Of a stretch of 64,000 nucleotides of DNA, positions 53,465 to 64,000 are shown piece by piece. Every line of letters begins with the position of its first letter. The first letter of the stretch is position 1. The notes under the pieces are model-generated. The model made no database searches. It was not told where the DNA came from and worked only from the letters and a program-made list of their open reading frames with translations. A program made the translations under genes and the position numbers. Origin of the DNA: Eledone cirrhosa (taxonomy: Eukaryota); assembly GCA_964016885.1 (NCBI GenBank), contig OZ024745.1, positions 30,008,001 through 30,072,000 on the forward strand, written 5' to 3'.

Positions 53465-54240
53465 ATCTGAATTGGAAGAAATTTGTATCAGCATTTGATT
53501 CCTTGTTGAGTACTTCTTTACTGTGATCTGCTCAAGGTTTTATTATATCCTGCTGATCTGTCAAGAGATTGTCCTCAACTGATAGGATGGGAGAGTATCC
53601 CTCCCTGTTTGGTTCAAACACTCCCTTCAAATTTTGATAAAAAGCCTTCATGTCATGCCTCTCAAATGATTCTTGAGGAGCTTTCACTCTTTCATCCCAC
53701 CATTTTTGCTTCATTTCCCATAGCTTTGCTTGAATCAAGTCTTTTGCTGCTTTGTAATGTTTTATTCTTTTGAGAATTTTGTCTGCTCTCCATTTCTTCT
53801 TGTGTAGCCTGTACATTTCTTGAAGCTCCCCAAATATAATGTCAACATTTTCTTCAGACCAGTCTTGGCTCCTTTTTAGAAAAGCCATGAGCCTTCTTTG
53901 AGAACTCTCAGCAGACTCCTTGATTCTTCAATATTTTCTGTGATGTTTATGTTCTACAGATTTTCATTTAAAGCATTAACCAAAACTTTTCTTGTATCAG
54001 GTTTGAACTTAGTGATATCTAATTTATTTGTGAGTTGTTTCCAGTCATGTGTAACTGCTGGTTTTAGCTTCATTTTCATGCAGCTTCACACTAAAGCATG
54101 GTCTGACCAACACTGCCGAAGGAAAGGCCCGAGTTAATGTTACATCACTTTTATCATGGCTCTGCACCATGATATAGTCAAGCATATGCCTATGTCATGT
54201 CTAGGGTACCTCCAGGTGGTTTTATATTTATTGGTCTGTT
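53465..54240 (-). mobile_element. Degraded RTE-BovB-like LINE fragment
   Basis: QDWSEEN...KWWDERVK...DMKAFYQNLKGVF linker region and YIIVQS..DYIIV-type endonuclease remnant. Confidence 0.7.
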
Positions 54241-54392
54241 GATATATATACCAAAGTCACTGAGAGATGCTTTAGTGACACAGCATTTCTAGGGTATTTT
54301 GTTTAAACCTAGTGGAGCCTATCCCTTCTTCAGATCTGAATATAGCATATTCTTCCAGAGAAGGAGAGAGAGCATGAGAGAAAGGAAGTAAA

Positions 54393-55280
54393 ATGGCCAC
54401 AAAAGGTTTCTCTCTAAAAATGAAAGGCAGATTGTATGATGCCTGTATACGAACAGCAATGCTACATGGCAGTGAGACATGGGCATTGCGTGCAGAGGAC
54501 CTACACAGACTGGAAAGGAATGAAGCATGCATGCTCCGTTGGATGTGTAATAGTAATATACATGAACGGAAAAGCATAAATGAACTAAGTAAGAAATTAG
54601 GAATAAGAGGGATCAGATGCTGTTTACTCGAGAAAAGACTACGTTGGTATGGTCACGTGATGCGCATGAAAGACGACAGCTACATAAAAAAGTGCAGGGT
54701 GATCAAAATTGATGGTAGTTACGGAGTAGGTAGACCCAGAAAAACCTGGGACGATCTGATAAATTCCGACCTTACACACTTGCACTTCTCTAAGACAATG
54801 TCACTGGACCGAGATCTTTGGCACTACGCAGTAATACAGAAGACCTGCCTTGCCTATGTACAAAGCAAAACCTACAGTCAGTTGGCACCTCTTAACCAAA
54901 TATACACCCCAATCTACTACCCCTACCCTATCCTCCCACTCCCACCAACACCACCCTCTCTCTATAAAGTTGGTAACACAACATCCAGTCCAAATAAATG
55001 AGATAAATGAGATTGAGATCGTGTAGGTGTCACGAGAAAAAACACACAGTCCACGCTGTAATGTGGCCATGTAGGTAACACGGTAAAAAGTTCCCAGTTC
55101 CACACTGTAAATGTGGTTGGTGTTAGGAAGGGCATCCAGCCATAGAAAACCTGCTAGATAGTCCTATATGAGCAAGACACAGTCACCCGACCAACCTTGC
55201 CTCAAGTGAGACAACTCCCGTCTAACCCATGCTAGCGTGGAAAATGGAAGTTAAACGAAGATGAATGATGATGATGATGA
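54393..55280 (+). mobile_element. RTE LINE 3' part
   Basis: ORF 54393-55001 is nearly identical to the C-terminus of 6780-8441; (ATG)n tail. Confidence 0.9.
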
Positions 55281-55446
55281 TATATATATATATATATGAT
55301 ATTAAATAACTGGAAACTATATTTATAAAACCATATAATTTCCATTTATTTAATATCATGAATCTTTACTCCTGTAACTTGTTGAGTGCTCTAAATTAGT
55401 TATAAACATTTATGTTTGTCGGACTTCCAACAAATTAAATACAACT

Positions 55447-55506
<60 letters not shown>

Positions 55507-55962
55507 TATATATATATATATATAGGCACATGGCTTAGTAGTTAGAGCATTGGCCTTGCAGTCGAAAGGTTGTGAGTTCAATTCTCAGACCGGGTGATGT
55601 GTTGTTTCCTTGAGCAAGACACTTTATTTCACATTGCTCCAGTTTACTCAGCTGTAGAAATGAGATGATAAGGACTGGGGTCGGATCCCTATTATTCCAC
55701 TGCAAAGTGGTTGTGGAGGTGCCACGGCAAAAAAGCACCCAGCACTCTCTATAAAGTGGACGTGTAGGACCCACGGAAAAAAAAGCACCCAGCATTCACT
55801 GTAAATGAGGTTGGTGTTAGGAAGAGCATCCAGCTGTAGAAATCAAGCCAGAATCAGTTCCCATCCCACCCTTGCAAGCAGGGAAAAGCGGACGTAAAAA
55901 TGATGAAGATGAGGATATATATACATACACACACACATATATGTAAATTATATTAAACATAC

Positions 55963-56010
55963 CTTTTTGCTTTCTCATCTTTTCTTTTATTGCAGTCACA
56001 GCTATGACTT
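55963..56010 (-). CDS. Repeated micro-exon (48 nt) EVIAVTAIKEKMRKQK
   Basis: catcag|...G|gtatgtttaa; conserved flank. Confidence 0.8.
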
Positions 56011-56793
56011 CTGATGTTAAAAAAATTAACACAATGTCTTACATATCATTTGAAACAACATAATACATTGACATTATATATTTCTACTACATTGTACCTG
56101 CTTTTTGAAACTTATCAGTCTTTTATTACATATCTCACAATAAGTATATTAACTATACTACTACTATATATATGAGTATATACATTGTATATATGGATTG
56201 AAAAAGTAGCAGGAGAAATGAAATATTTGGAATGAATGAACAAAGAATGAAGTTTCCTCTTCAGCCACCCATGGGCAATGCAATTTCATGCCAAAAGTGT
56301 TATTTCATAATATTGAGCCCAGATTGTATAACAGCTTAGAGCAAGCCACTGGAAAGATGTATATGAGACAATACAGCATAGAAAGAGAGGATAACATATA
56401 CATATATCCTCTGTTATGTGGTAGTACTTTTATGTGGTAGTACAGCATCCAGTCAATCATGTAAAGTGTGAGTGCTAGTGTTATGACAAAAAACACAGTT
56501 CATTCTATAAGATCAAGCTGTCAGAGTCATGATAAAATGATACTGGTATACATCGTTAACTAGTTGATAGTAGGGAGGGCATCCAGCTTTAAAAACTATG
56601 TCAGAATGGAACATATGAGCAAAAGACAGGCATCTGATCTGCCTAACCAGCCTCAGAAGGTGACAAGAATTCTAACCCCTGCAAGTATAGAAAACAGATG
56701 TAAAATGATAATGGTAATAATGATGAAGATATATATATATATATATGAAGATATATATATATGAAGATATATATATATGAAGATATATATATA

Positions 56794-56872
<79 letters not shown>

Positions 56873-56886
56873 TATATTCAACATAC

Positions 56887-56937
56887 CGTCTTCAGGTGTC
56901 AGCACTCCTTCTTCTTTCACAGTAGCAATTTGATTTT
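56887..56937 (-). CDS. Repeated micro-exon (51 nt) [17 protein letters not shown]
   Basis: cattag|...G|gtatgttga; conserved flank. Confidence 0.8.
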
Positions 56938-57026
56938 CTAATGTTAAAGAAAAAAAATTAACAAAATGGCTTACATTTCATTAGAAACAACATATTACAT
57001 TGACTTTCCCCTCCTCATATTATATA

Positions 57027-57457
57027 TACCAGCAGAAAAACCATCCTTTGTGTGGTTTTCTGCTAGCATGTGTAGTGTGCATATTGATATTATACGCAAA
57101 CATACGTGCATGTAGATATGATACGTCAAATAAAATCGTAATCGACAATATGGACAGAAATTGAAGAGAGGCTATTTCACTGTCTTCTGTAATCAGTAAA
57201 GTAATCCATGATACAATTAAAAAAGACGATATTATATATGAAATGCATTACGGTGTATTGAGATTTGAACATTTTAAAAGAAGTGACTCTTAAAATAAGC
57301 AATCATTATATATAAGAATATTTATGTTTAATCAACAGCTACATAAATTATGTAATATTCATTCATTATTTATTAAAAGTAATCTAACTTATTTTACTAA
57401 CGGGATATAAATATATATTCAGGACACAGATCCACATTCCTCCCTTTATTATATTAT

Positions 57458-57460
<3 letters not shown>
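57027..57460 (+). mobile_element. Helentron-like non-autonomous element
   Basis: Terminal hairpin ccagcagaaaaacc...ggttttctgctag; sits in (TA)n; second copy at ~905-1300. Confidence 0.55.
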
Positions 57461-57532
<72 letters not shown>

Positions 57533-57533
<1 letters not shown>

Positions 57534-58120
57534 TGCGCATGAAAGACGACAGCTGTATAAAAAAGTGCAGGGCAATAAAAATAGACGGTAGCCACGGAGT
57601 AGGCAGACCCAGAAGAACCTGGGACGACTTGATAAATTCCGACCTCACACACTTACACCTCTCCAAGATTGTCACTGGACCGAGATCTTTGGCGCTACAC
57701 AGTAATACAGAAGACCCGCCTTACCTAAGTGCAAAGTGAAACCTACTACAGTCAGTAGGCACCTCTAACAAAATACACCCCCGTCCCACTACCCCCACCC
57801 CATCCACACCACCCCTTTCAATGTAAAGTTATGTTGGTACCACAACATCCAGCCCGAAACAAATGAGGTCGAGTAGGTGTCACGACAAAAAAAAAAAAAG
57901 TCCACACTATAATGTGGCTGTGGAGGTAACACGGTAAAAACCTCCCAGTTCCACACTGTAAATGTGGTTGGTGTTAGGAAAGGCATCCAGCCGTAGAAAA
58001 CCTGCCAGACAGTCCTATGCGAGCAAGACAACCACTCTTGCCTCAAGTGGGAAAACTCCCGTCCAAACCCATGCAAGCGTGGAAGATGGACGTTAAACGA
58101 TGATGATGATGATAGTGATG
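57533..58120 (+). mobile_element. RTE LINE 3' end
   Basis: MRMKDDSCIKKCRAIKIDGSHGVGRPR plus 3'UTR and (ATG)n tail. Confidence 0.88.
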
Positions 58121-59454
58121 ATATATATATATATATGGTCCCATAACTCCTGGTAGAGTTGTAAAGATGTTATAGTGACACAGCATTTCTGGGGCATTTT
58201 GTTGGTAGAGCCCATCCCTTCTCTAGACCTGAATATAACATATTCTTCAAGAGAAGGAGAGAGAGCATGAGAGAAAAGAAGTGAAAAAGAGTTATAGAGG
58301 AAAGATCATCTCCCTTGGCAAGATGAAAAGAAATGTTGACTTCAGCAGGATTTGGACTCAGATCATATTTGAGTTGGAAGAAGAAATCCTGCTAAGCCTA
58401 TCGAATGTTCTAACAACTGCCAATTTGTGGCCTATATTATATATATGTATATATATATATATATGTAAACTTTGGAGTGGGAGACCCAGGAAGACTTGGG
58501 ATGAGGTGATAAAAGCTCACCATGCCCAATTGCACCTCTCAAAAACGATGACATTGGACCGAGACCTCCGGCGTTATTTCGGTGGATGGCTAATAGTAAT
58601 GTATATAAAAGGAAAAGCATAAACAAACAGAGAGAAACTAAGCATAGGAATCAGATGCAGAGTGCAGAAGAAGAGATTGTGTTGGTATGGGCATGTGATG
58701 TGTATGAAGGATGACAGCTGTATAAAAAAGTGCAGAAAGCTCAAAGTCGATGGAAGACTTGGAGTGGGGAGACCCAGGAAAACTTGGGATGAGGTGATAA
58801 AAGCTGACCTTCTCTAATTGCACCTCTTAAAGATGATGACACAGGACCAAGTTTTCTATTGTTAAGCAATAATACAGAAGACCCGCCTTCCCACTGGCAC
58901 AGGCTGAAGCTGAAGTATATATATTGGATGAATAAAGATAGAATAAGTTTTTTGTCTATCGTGTTTGTACTCCCATAAATAGAGTTTTTCTTACATAATT
59001 TTAATTTGTAATATTGCTTCTCTGAGATTCCTTTCGTTGAGATGTATTAGAGAGCAATTAACCTTTAATTAATATCAAACTGCTCCTTAATTTGTCCAGT
59101 TGTACCAGACGGTCTTTCAGCTTCTATTTCTAGCGACATTATAAGCCTGCCACCTAGTCCTTATATGTTAGGAGATTTCTGATCATGTAACACTACATAT
59201 GTTTTTATTCCAGCATGCTACCTCGGCAAATGAAATAGTATGTATGATTTCTTGGTCAATTTCTCTTAGATTTTGAAGAATTAAACTTCCCTGAAGAGTA
59301 TGGCAGATTCTTCAATCATCGGTGACTCCAATAAGAATTCTTCCCCATATAAAACCATGGTAGGATGATCTATATATATGTGAGTTTAGATAGAATATTT
59401 TTGTACTTCCATAAATATAGTTTTTTCTCACTTAATTTTAGTATAATATATATA

Positions 59455-60002
59455 TATATAAAACTGTTGTTGTCTGTGTGTGTGTGTGTGTGTGTCCTCA
59501 TTTTTGCAAAGTCTATACAAATCCACATTTCTACTCCAATTGACTTCAAACTTGCATTTATATATTCCTTGCGGTCTAAAGATATTAACTGCAGCTTTTA
59601 TTTTTCAATTTTCTGTTGTTAAAGGGGTGTTAGGCGCCGGTTATCCATCTCCGTCGCACCCTTATAATATCTGTCTGTATGCCTGGCTGTCTGCATTACG
59701 ACATTCTGACGAACATTGATGACGTATTATGTTCGCTATGATCCGTTGATTGCCAGGGAACGTCTTTACGAACCAAAGTATCGTCTTCCTGTTTTTCTTC
59801 GGTTGCAACGTTTTTCGAAATATTTATTTCTGCGTTCACAGATTGATATTTTTAGTTCAGAAGATCCCGTTAAGGGTGAAAGCAACGATTCTTTGCTTAA
59901 ACTTTAATCAGTTATTTTAATCTAAATATGTATATATATAAAACTGAGGATGTATGTATGTATGTATGTATGTATGTATGTATGTATGTATGTATGTATG
60001 TA

Positions 60003-60045
<43 letters not shown>

Positions 60046-60487
60046 GTGTAAAACTCGAGAAGTACCCAACCGATTTTTTTCAAACTTTACATGTGTAGTA
60101 CTTATGTTTCAGGGAATGTTATTCACATAAAAAATTCAACTTTTTGATCCCCTAGGTGAAAAACTGTGTTTTTTTTTCAGCTTTTTAGGGGTTTTTGAGG
60201 CGTTACGTCAGACCGATTTCCTTGAAATTGTAACTATGTATTAGTCAGTCACTTCTTCATACCGTGAGCAGAGAAAATCCAACTTTTTTATGGCCTAGGG
60301 CCCGCATTAGGTGTAAATCTACATTTTTCCTGCTTCATCAAGGAAAATCTTAGATTATCCAGCCATCGGAGTATTCGGTATATTTTCCTTACATATTGTC
60401 CAGGCATGCAGTTTTCCCGCGATTAGGTCTGTTGGCGGCCCACGTTCCAAAATACCTTATCCCGTGCAACGCCGGGTACCACTGCTA

Positions 60488-60489
<2 letters not shown>
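59455..60489 (-). mobile_element. Helentron-associated (HINE-like) element(s)
   Basis: End cccgtgcaacgccgggtaccactgctagt; two heads with (GT/GTAT)n and c.attg/ttt..caaact at ~59460 and ~59940. Confidence 0.6.
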
Positions 60490-60519
<30 letters not shown>

Positions 60520-60522
<3 letters not shown>

Positions 60523-62692
60523 AAATGTAACTTTAATGAAAACCCCTCTATTAGACTTATATGCCCATCTGTTTCCGATATAGGTAAAATTAGTAAAGTG
60601 ATCCTAGATAGAGTACTACTAGAACTTAATAATAAAGCCAAGGTCTGTCTCTGGAGCAGCACCGACCAGGTCATTAATTGGTTCAAGGAGTTACCTGATA
60701 AAACAACGCTCAAGTTCATACAGTTTGACATAGATGGCTACTATGCATCGATCTCCCCATACTCCTAAATAAAGCGCTTATCCTAGCTAAGTCTAATACT
60801 AGCCTCACTAGGAAAGAGATAAATATTGTGCTCGCAGCGCGTAGAACTATTATCAAGTTTGATGGCTCCTACTGGACCAGAACCAACCGTCCTGATAACT
60901 TTGATATGACAATGGGGTCCAGTGACTTGGCGCAAGTAACCGAACTGGTCGGGATATACCTCCTCCATAGAATTAGGGACGAGATACCGGCCCTACAAGG
61001 CGGGGTATATAGGGACGATGCCCTGTTTACCATGCGAAGCCACAGCCCCCGCAGAATAGAGAACCTTAACAAGCGCATACACAGGTTCTTTAAGACATAT
61101 GGCCTATCAGTGACCATGGACCTCAACCACCAAATAGTCAATTTCCTAGATGTAACCCTGGAGTTGAGTACGGGCCTATACAAGCCATACCATAAGCCCG
61201 GTGAGATCCTGTCCTATATAAACTATGCATCTAACCCTAAGTCTACCCTCAACTCCATAGTATATAGCATATCCCATAGGATCTCGAGGCTCTCCGCCAA
61301 TGAAGATATCTTCAACCAAGCGGCCGAATATTACAATAAGGCTTTACTAAATGCCGCTTTTAACCGGAAAATATCCTACATCCTTAATGCTAGCTCTAGA
61401 AACCAACCCCAACGTAGGAATAATGTTATAGTGAGCCATACCTATAACAGAGCACGCTACAGCCATGACAGCGTCAAGAACTATAGTATAGAGAACCACA
61501 CTAAGAAACTTGGCCACACCGTTAATTACATGAGTGGCGACCAAGACAACCGACAGTATGGTATGTGTTACCCGATTGGTAGCGCCACCCGCAGCAGCCT
61601 ATTAGAGTTATTCCCTAACTATAAGACCAGCAACTGGGGCGGCCTATTACCAACACCCTCCAACCCGCGTCCAGCCACACATAGAAAGTACAGAGGTAAG
61701 GCGCCCCACCTGAACATAAAGTAATGGGAACGAATAACCGGCTACAGCACAGGAACAACCGTAAGCACTGTCAACTAGGAAGCACAACCTGTAGCAAACC
61801 AACTGTAAAGCGGAAATGCCACCGTAATATCATATGGTCCCCCCCCACTCTCGGAGTGTGGCCTCCGACGTACCAAGGATATTCTTCGAAGCCTTGGAGA
61901 GGAATTTCCCACCTAATCATAAATACAGAAAAATACTTAACAGGAACAATATCAAAATATCCTTCTCTACCACCCCTAGCTGACATCATAGGAGCAACTA
62001 ATCACAGTAAGATTAACAAAACACTACACCTTAGCACGGTTACATCTAGACATGACAACAACACTAATAACCTTAACATCCCTTTAACAGCACCAAATAG
62101 GGTGGATGGCCGCCCCGGCAGACGAAACCCACGTAACCGGGGCATGATTGGAGAATATACCGGCGACCCACACGCGTCACTCATGGGCAGCAGAACGGGC
62201 TGCGGCGTGCGGAATAATAATGGTATAACACCGTACGCCTCGAGAGATAACAGTACCAACGACGGAGTTAGAGACATAGATAACAACATAGATAGCAATA
62301 GTAATAGCTTTACTTTAGGAATTAGGAGAGACCGTGACGGAAAATGCAACTGTCGTGACAGGGGAGGCTGCCCTATCAGGGGAAACTGCCTGACTGATAA
62401 AGTTGTTTATAGGTGCACCGTAACTAGCCATAGCGGAGTTAAACATTATCTGGCCAGTTTAAAACGAGATTTAGAACGCATTTCCACTCTTTCAGGAACA
62501 AAAAATTAAGGCACTCCACATCGCTTGCCAACTACGTCACCACATTGCAAGATGCCAACATAAGCTTCTCCACACACTGGGATATTGTCAGTAGGGCTGC
62601 ACCCTACAACTTCAGGGGGAAATGCCAGCTCTGCCTCATGGAGCTGTACTACATCATAAGAATACCCCATGAGCTCTTAAACAGCCGAGCAG
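60520..62692 (+). mobile_element. Penelope-like element (RT + Cys linker + GIY-YIG), frameshifted
   Basis: FIQFDIDGYY, TMGS, GVYRDDAL, VNFLDVTL, CNCRDRGGCPIRGNC, VVYRC, CQLCLME. Confidence 0.9.
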
Positions 62693-64000
62693 AATCACAG
62701 CGACATCACAGAGCATGCACAGAGCATGCACAGCGACATCTGCTCTGTGGTGAGAGTGAACAGTCACCTTTCGGAACCGTTCAACATCATGCGCTCGGTC
62801 CGCCAAGGATGTCCCTTCTCGTCCCTCTTGTACGTATTGACTCTCGAGCCATTACTGCACAAACTGGAGACGTTGAGGGGCGTCCCGCGCGAACTAGGAT
62901 GCGGAAGATCCGTGTCAGCATATGCGGACGATGTCACCGTAGTGGTGTCGAACGCCAAACACATCAAGGCGATCGGCACTACACTAAGAGAATAAGAAGC
63001 GATGACAGGAGCAATGATCAACCAGGAAAAGTCAGTGGGCCTGCAGCTCGGCACCTGGAGAGGCAGGTCCATGCCGTCCAACAGCGTCGTCGGACGCTGG
63101 ACGGACGGACCGGTTAAATTGCTAGGGGTCTGGTTCGGTCCGGACCTCCAGACGGACAAAAACTGGGACGAGGTGATGAGCAGGGTGGCTTCTCTCACCC
63201 AGAAATGGGCCAAGAGGAAGCTATCCCTGAAAGGTCGAGCGGAGGTGGCTAACGCATACATCGCGTCTGTCATCTGCTACCGCCTGACCGTCGTACCTTG
63301 TCCTAAGCCCCGCCTGACTGCGCTGGAGCGTTTCTCTTTCGCTTTTTGTGGAAGGGACGCGCTCCAATGGTCAGGCGGTCCATCTGTTGTCAACACCCGC
63401 TACGTGGAGGGCTGGGCATGCCGTGGCTGATGATGCGCAGACACACGCTCAGGCTACGACATCTCCACCTCTTCCTTGACGGTGATCAGATGTGGTCGCC
63501 GTTTGCTAGACACGTATTTCCCCAGCTCGTTTCCTTGACGAGAGGGAGTGCCTGGAGACTGGAATGTCTTCAGGTGCTCACAGCCCTCGACCAATCGGGC
63601 AATGTGATCGGTGGAAACTCCACCTCGGCGTTCTATAGAGGATTAGTGGAGGGGAAGAGCGACGACGTTCTTGGGGAAACTCTAGGCGTCGACGAAAATC
63701 AACTAGCCAATCTCTTCGGAAGAACTTTCGGGCCGGGGCCTATGGGCCTATCCCGAACTGGCAGTGCTACCGAGGAGCCTTGCCAGTTCGGGATAAACTC
63801 TACAGGCATGGAGGTGCTGTCAGTCGGGCATGTCCGAGATGCGCGCAGGGCGACGAAACCGTCCTGCACGCACTCGTCCAGTGTCCGAAAATTGCTGACT
63901 TGTGGGTTTATGTCGAACACCTGCTGTCGCGTGTAGGACGGATCCGGCTATCATCTGAGTCCATCGTGAGAATTGCCCTGCCCTCTTCCTTTAGCCGGGA
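62693..64000 (+). mobile_element. 5'-truncated Tx1/L1-clade LINE (RT and CCHC region), disabled
   Basis: SVRQGCPFSSLLY, AYADDV, KLLGVWF, LSLKGRAEV, GGLG, CPRC..ETVLHALVQC. Confidence 0.9.

Noticed and set aside
46683-56937. Assigning the micro-exon module to plectin repeats or naming the gene
   Set aside because: Only a superficial 'AxKxG-hydrophobic' resemblance; cannot be supported without a profile search.
59706-59740. CTGACGA as a hammerhead core
   Set aside because: No GAAA or stem III follows.

Overview
Eukaryotic, AT-rich, repeat-dense genomic DNA; the SINE and RTE-LINE families and the (TA)n/(CA)n load resemble an octopod cephalopod (inference). Two convergent spliced genes were reconstructed by hand. 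(1) A complete 4-exon Sec61-beta gene on + (1494-10952, 95 aa). (2) A large unidentified gene on - running from at least 56937 down to about 11700. It contains an array of at least 11 symmetric phase-1 short exons (45-99 nt), 7-8 of them tandem-duplicated paralogues of one ~16-aa module, feeding a 1220-nt charged exon. Introns hold a young Gypsy LTR retrotransposon (5-bp TSD, -1 frameshift signal, no PBS), many RTE LINE copies, Penelope-like elements, fragments of Tx1/L1, R4/Dong and CRE-like elements, tRNA-SINEs, MITEs and Helentron-like elements. Also present are several minimal hammerhead-ribozyme motifs (including U3-A8 core variants) and many fold-back palindromes in (TA)n tracts. All calls come from manual reading; no database search was run. 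Most ORF-track entries are microsatellite or antisense artefacts.
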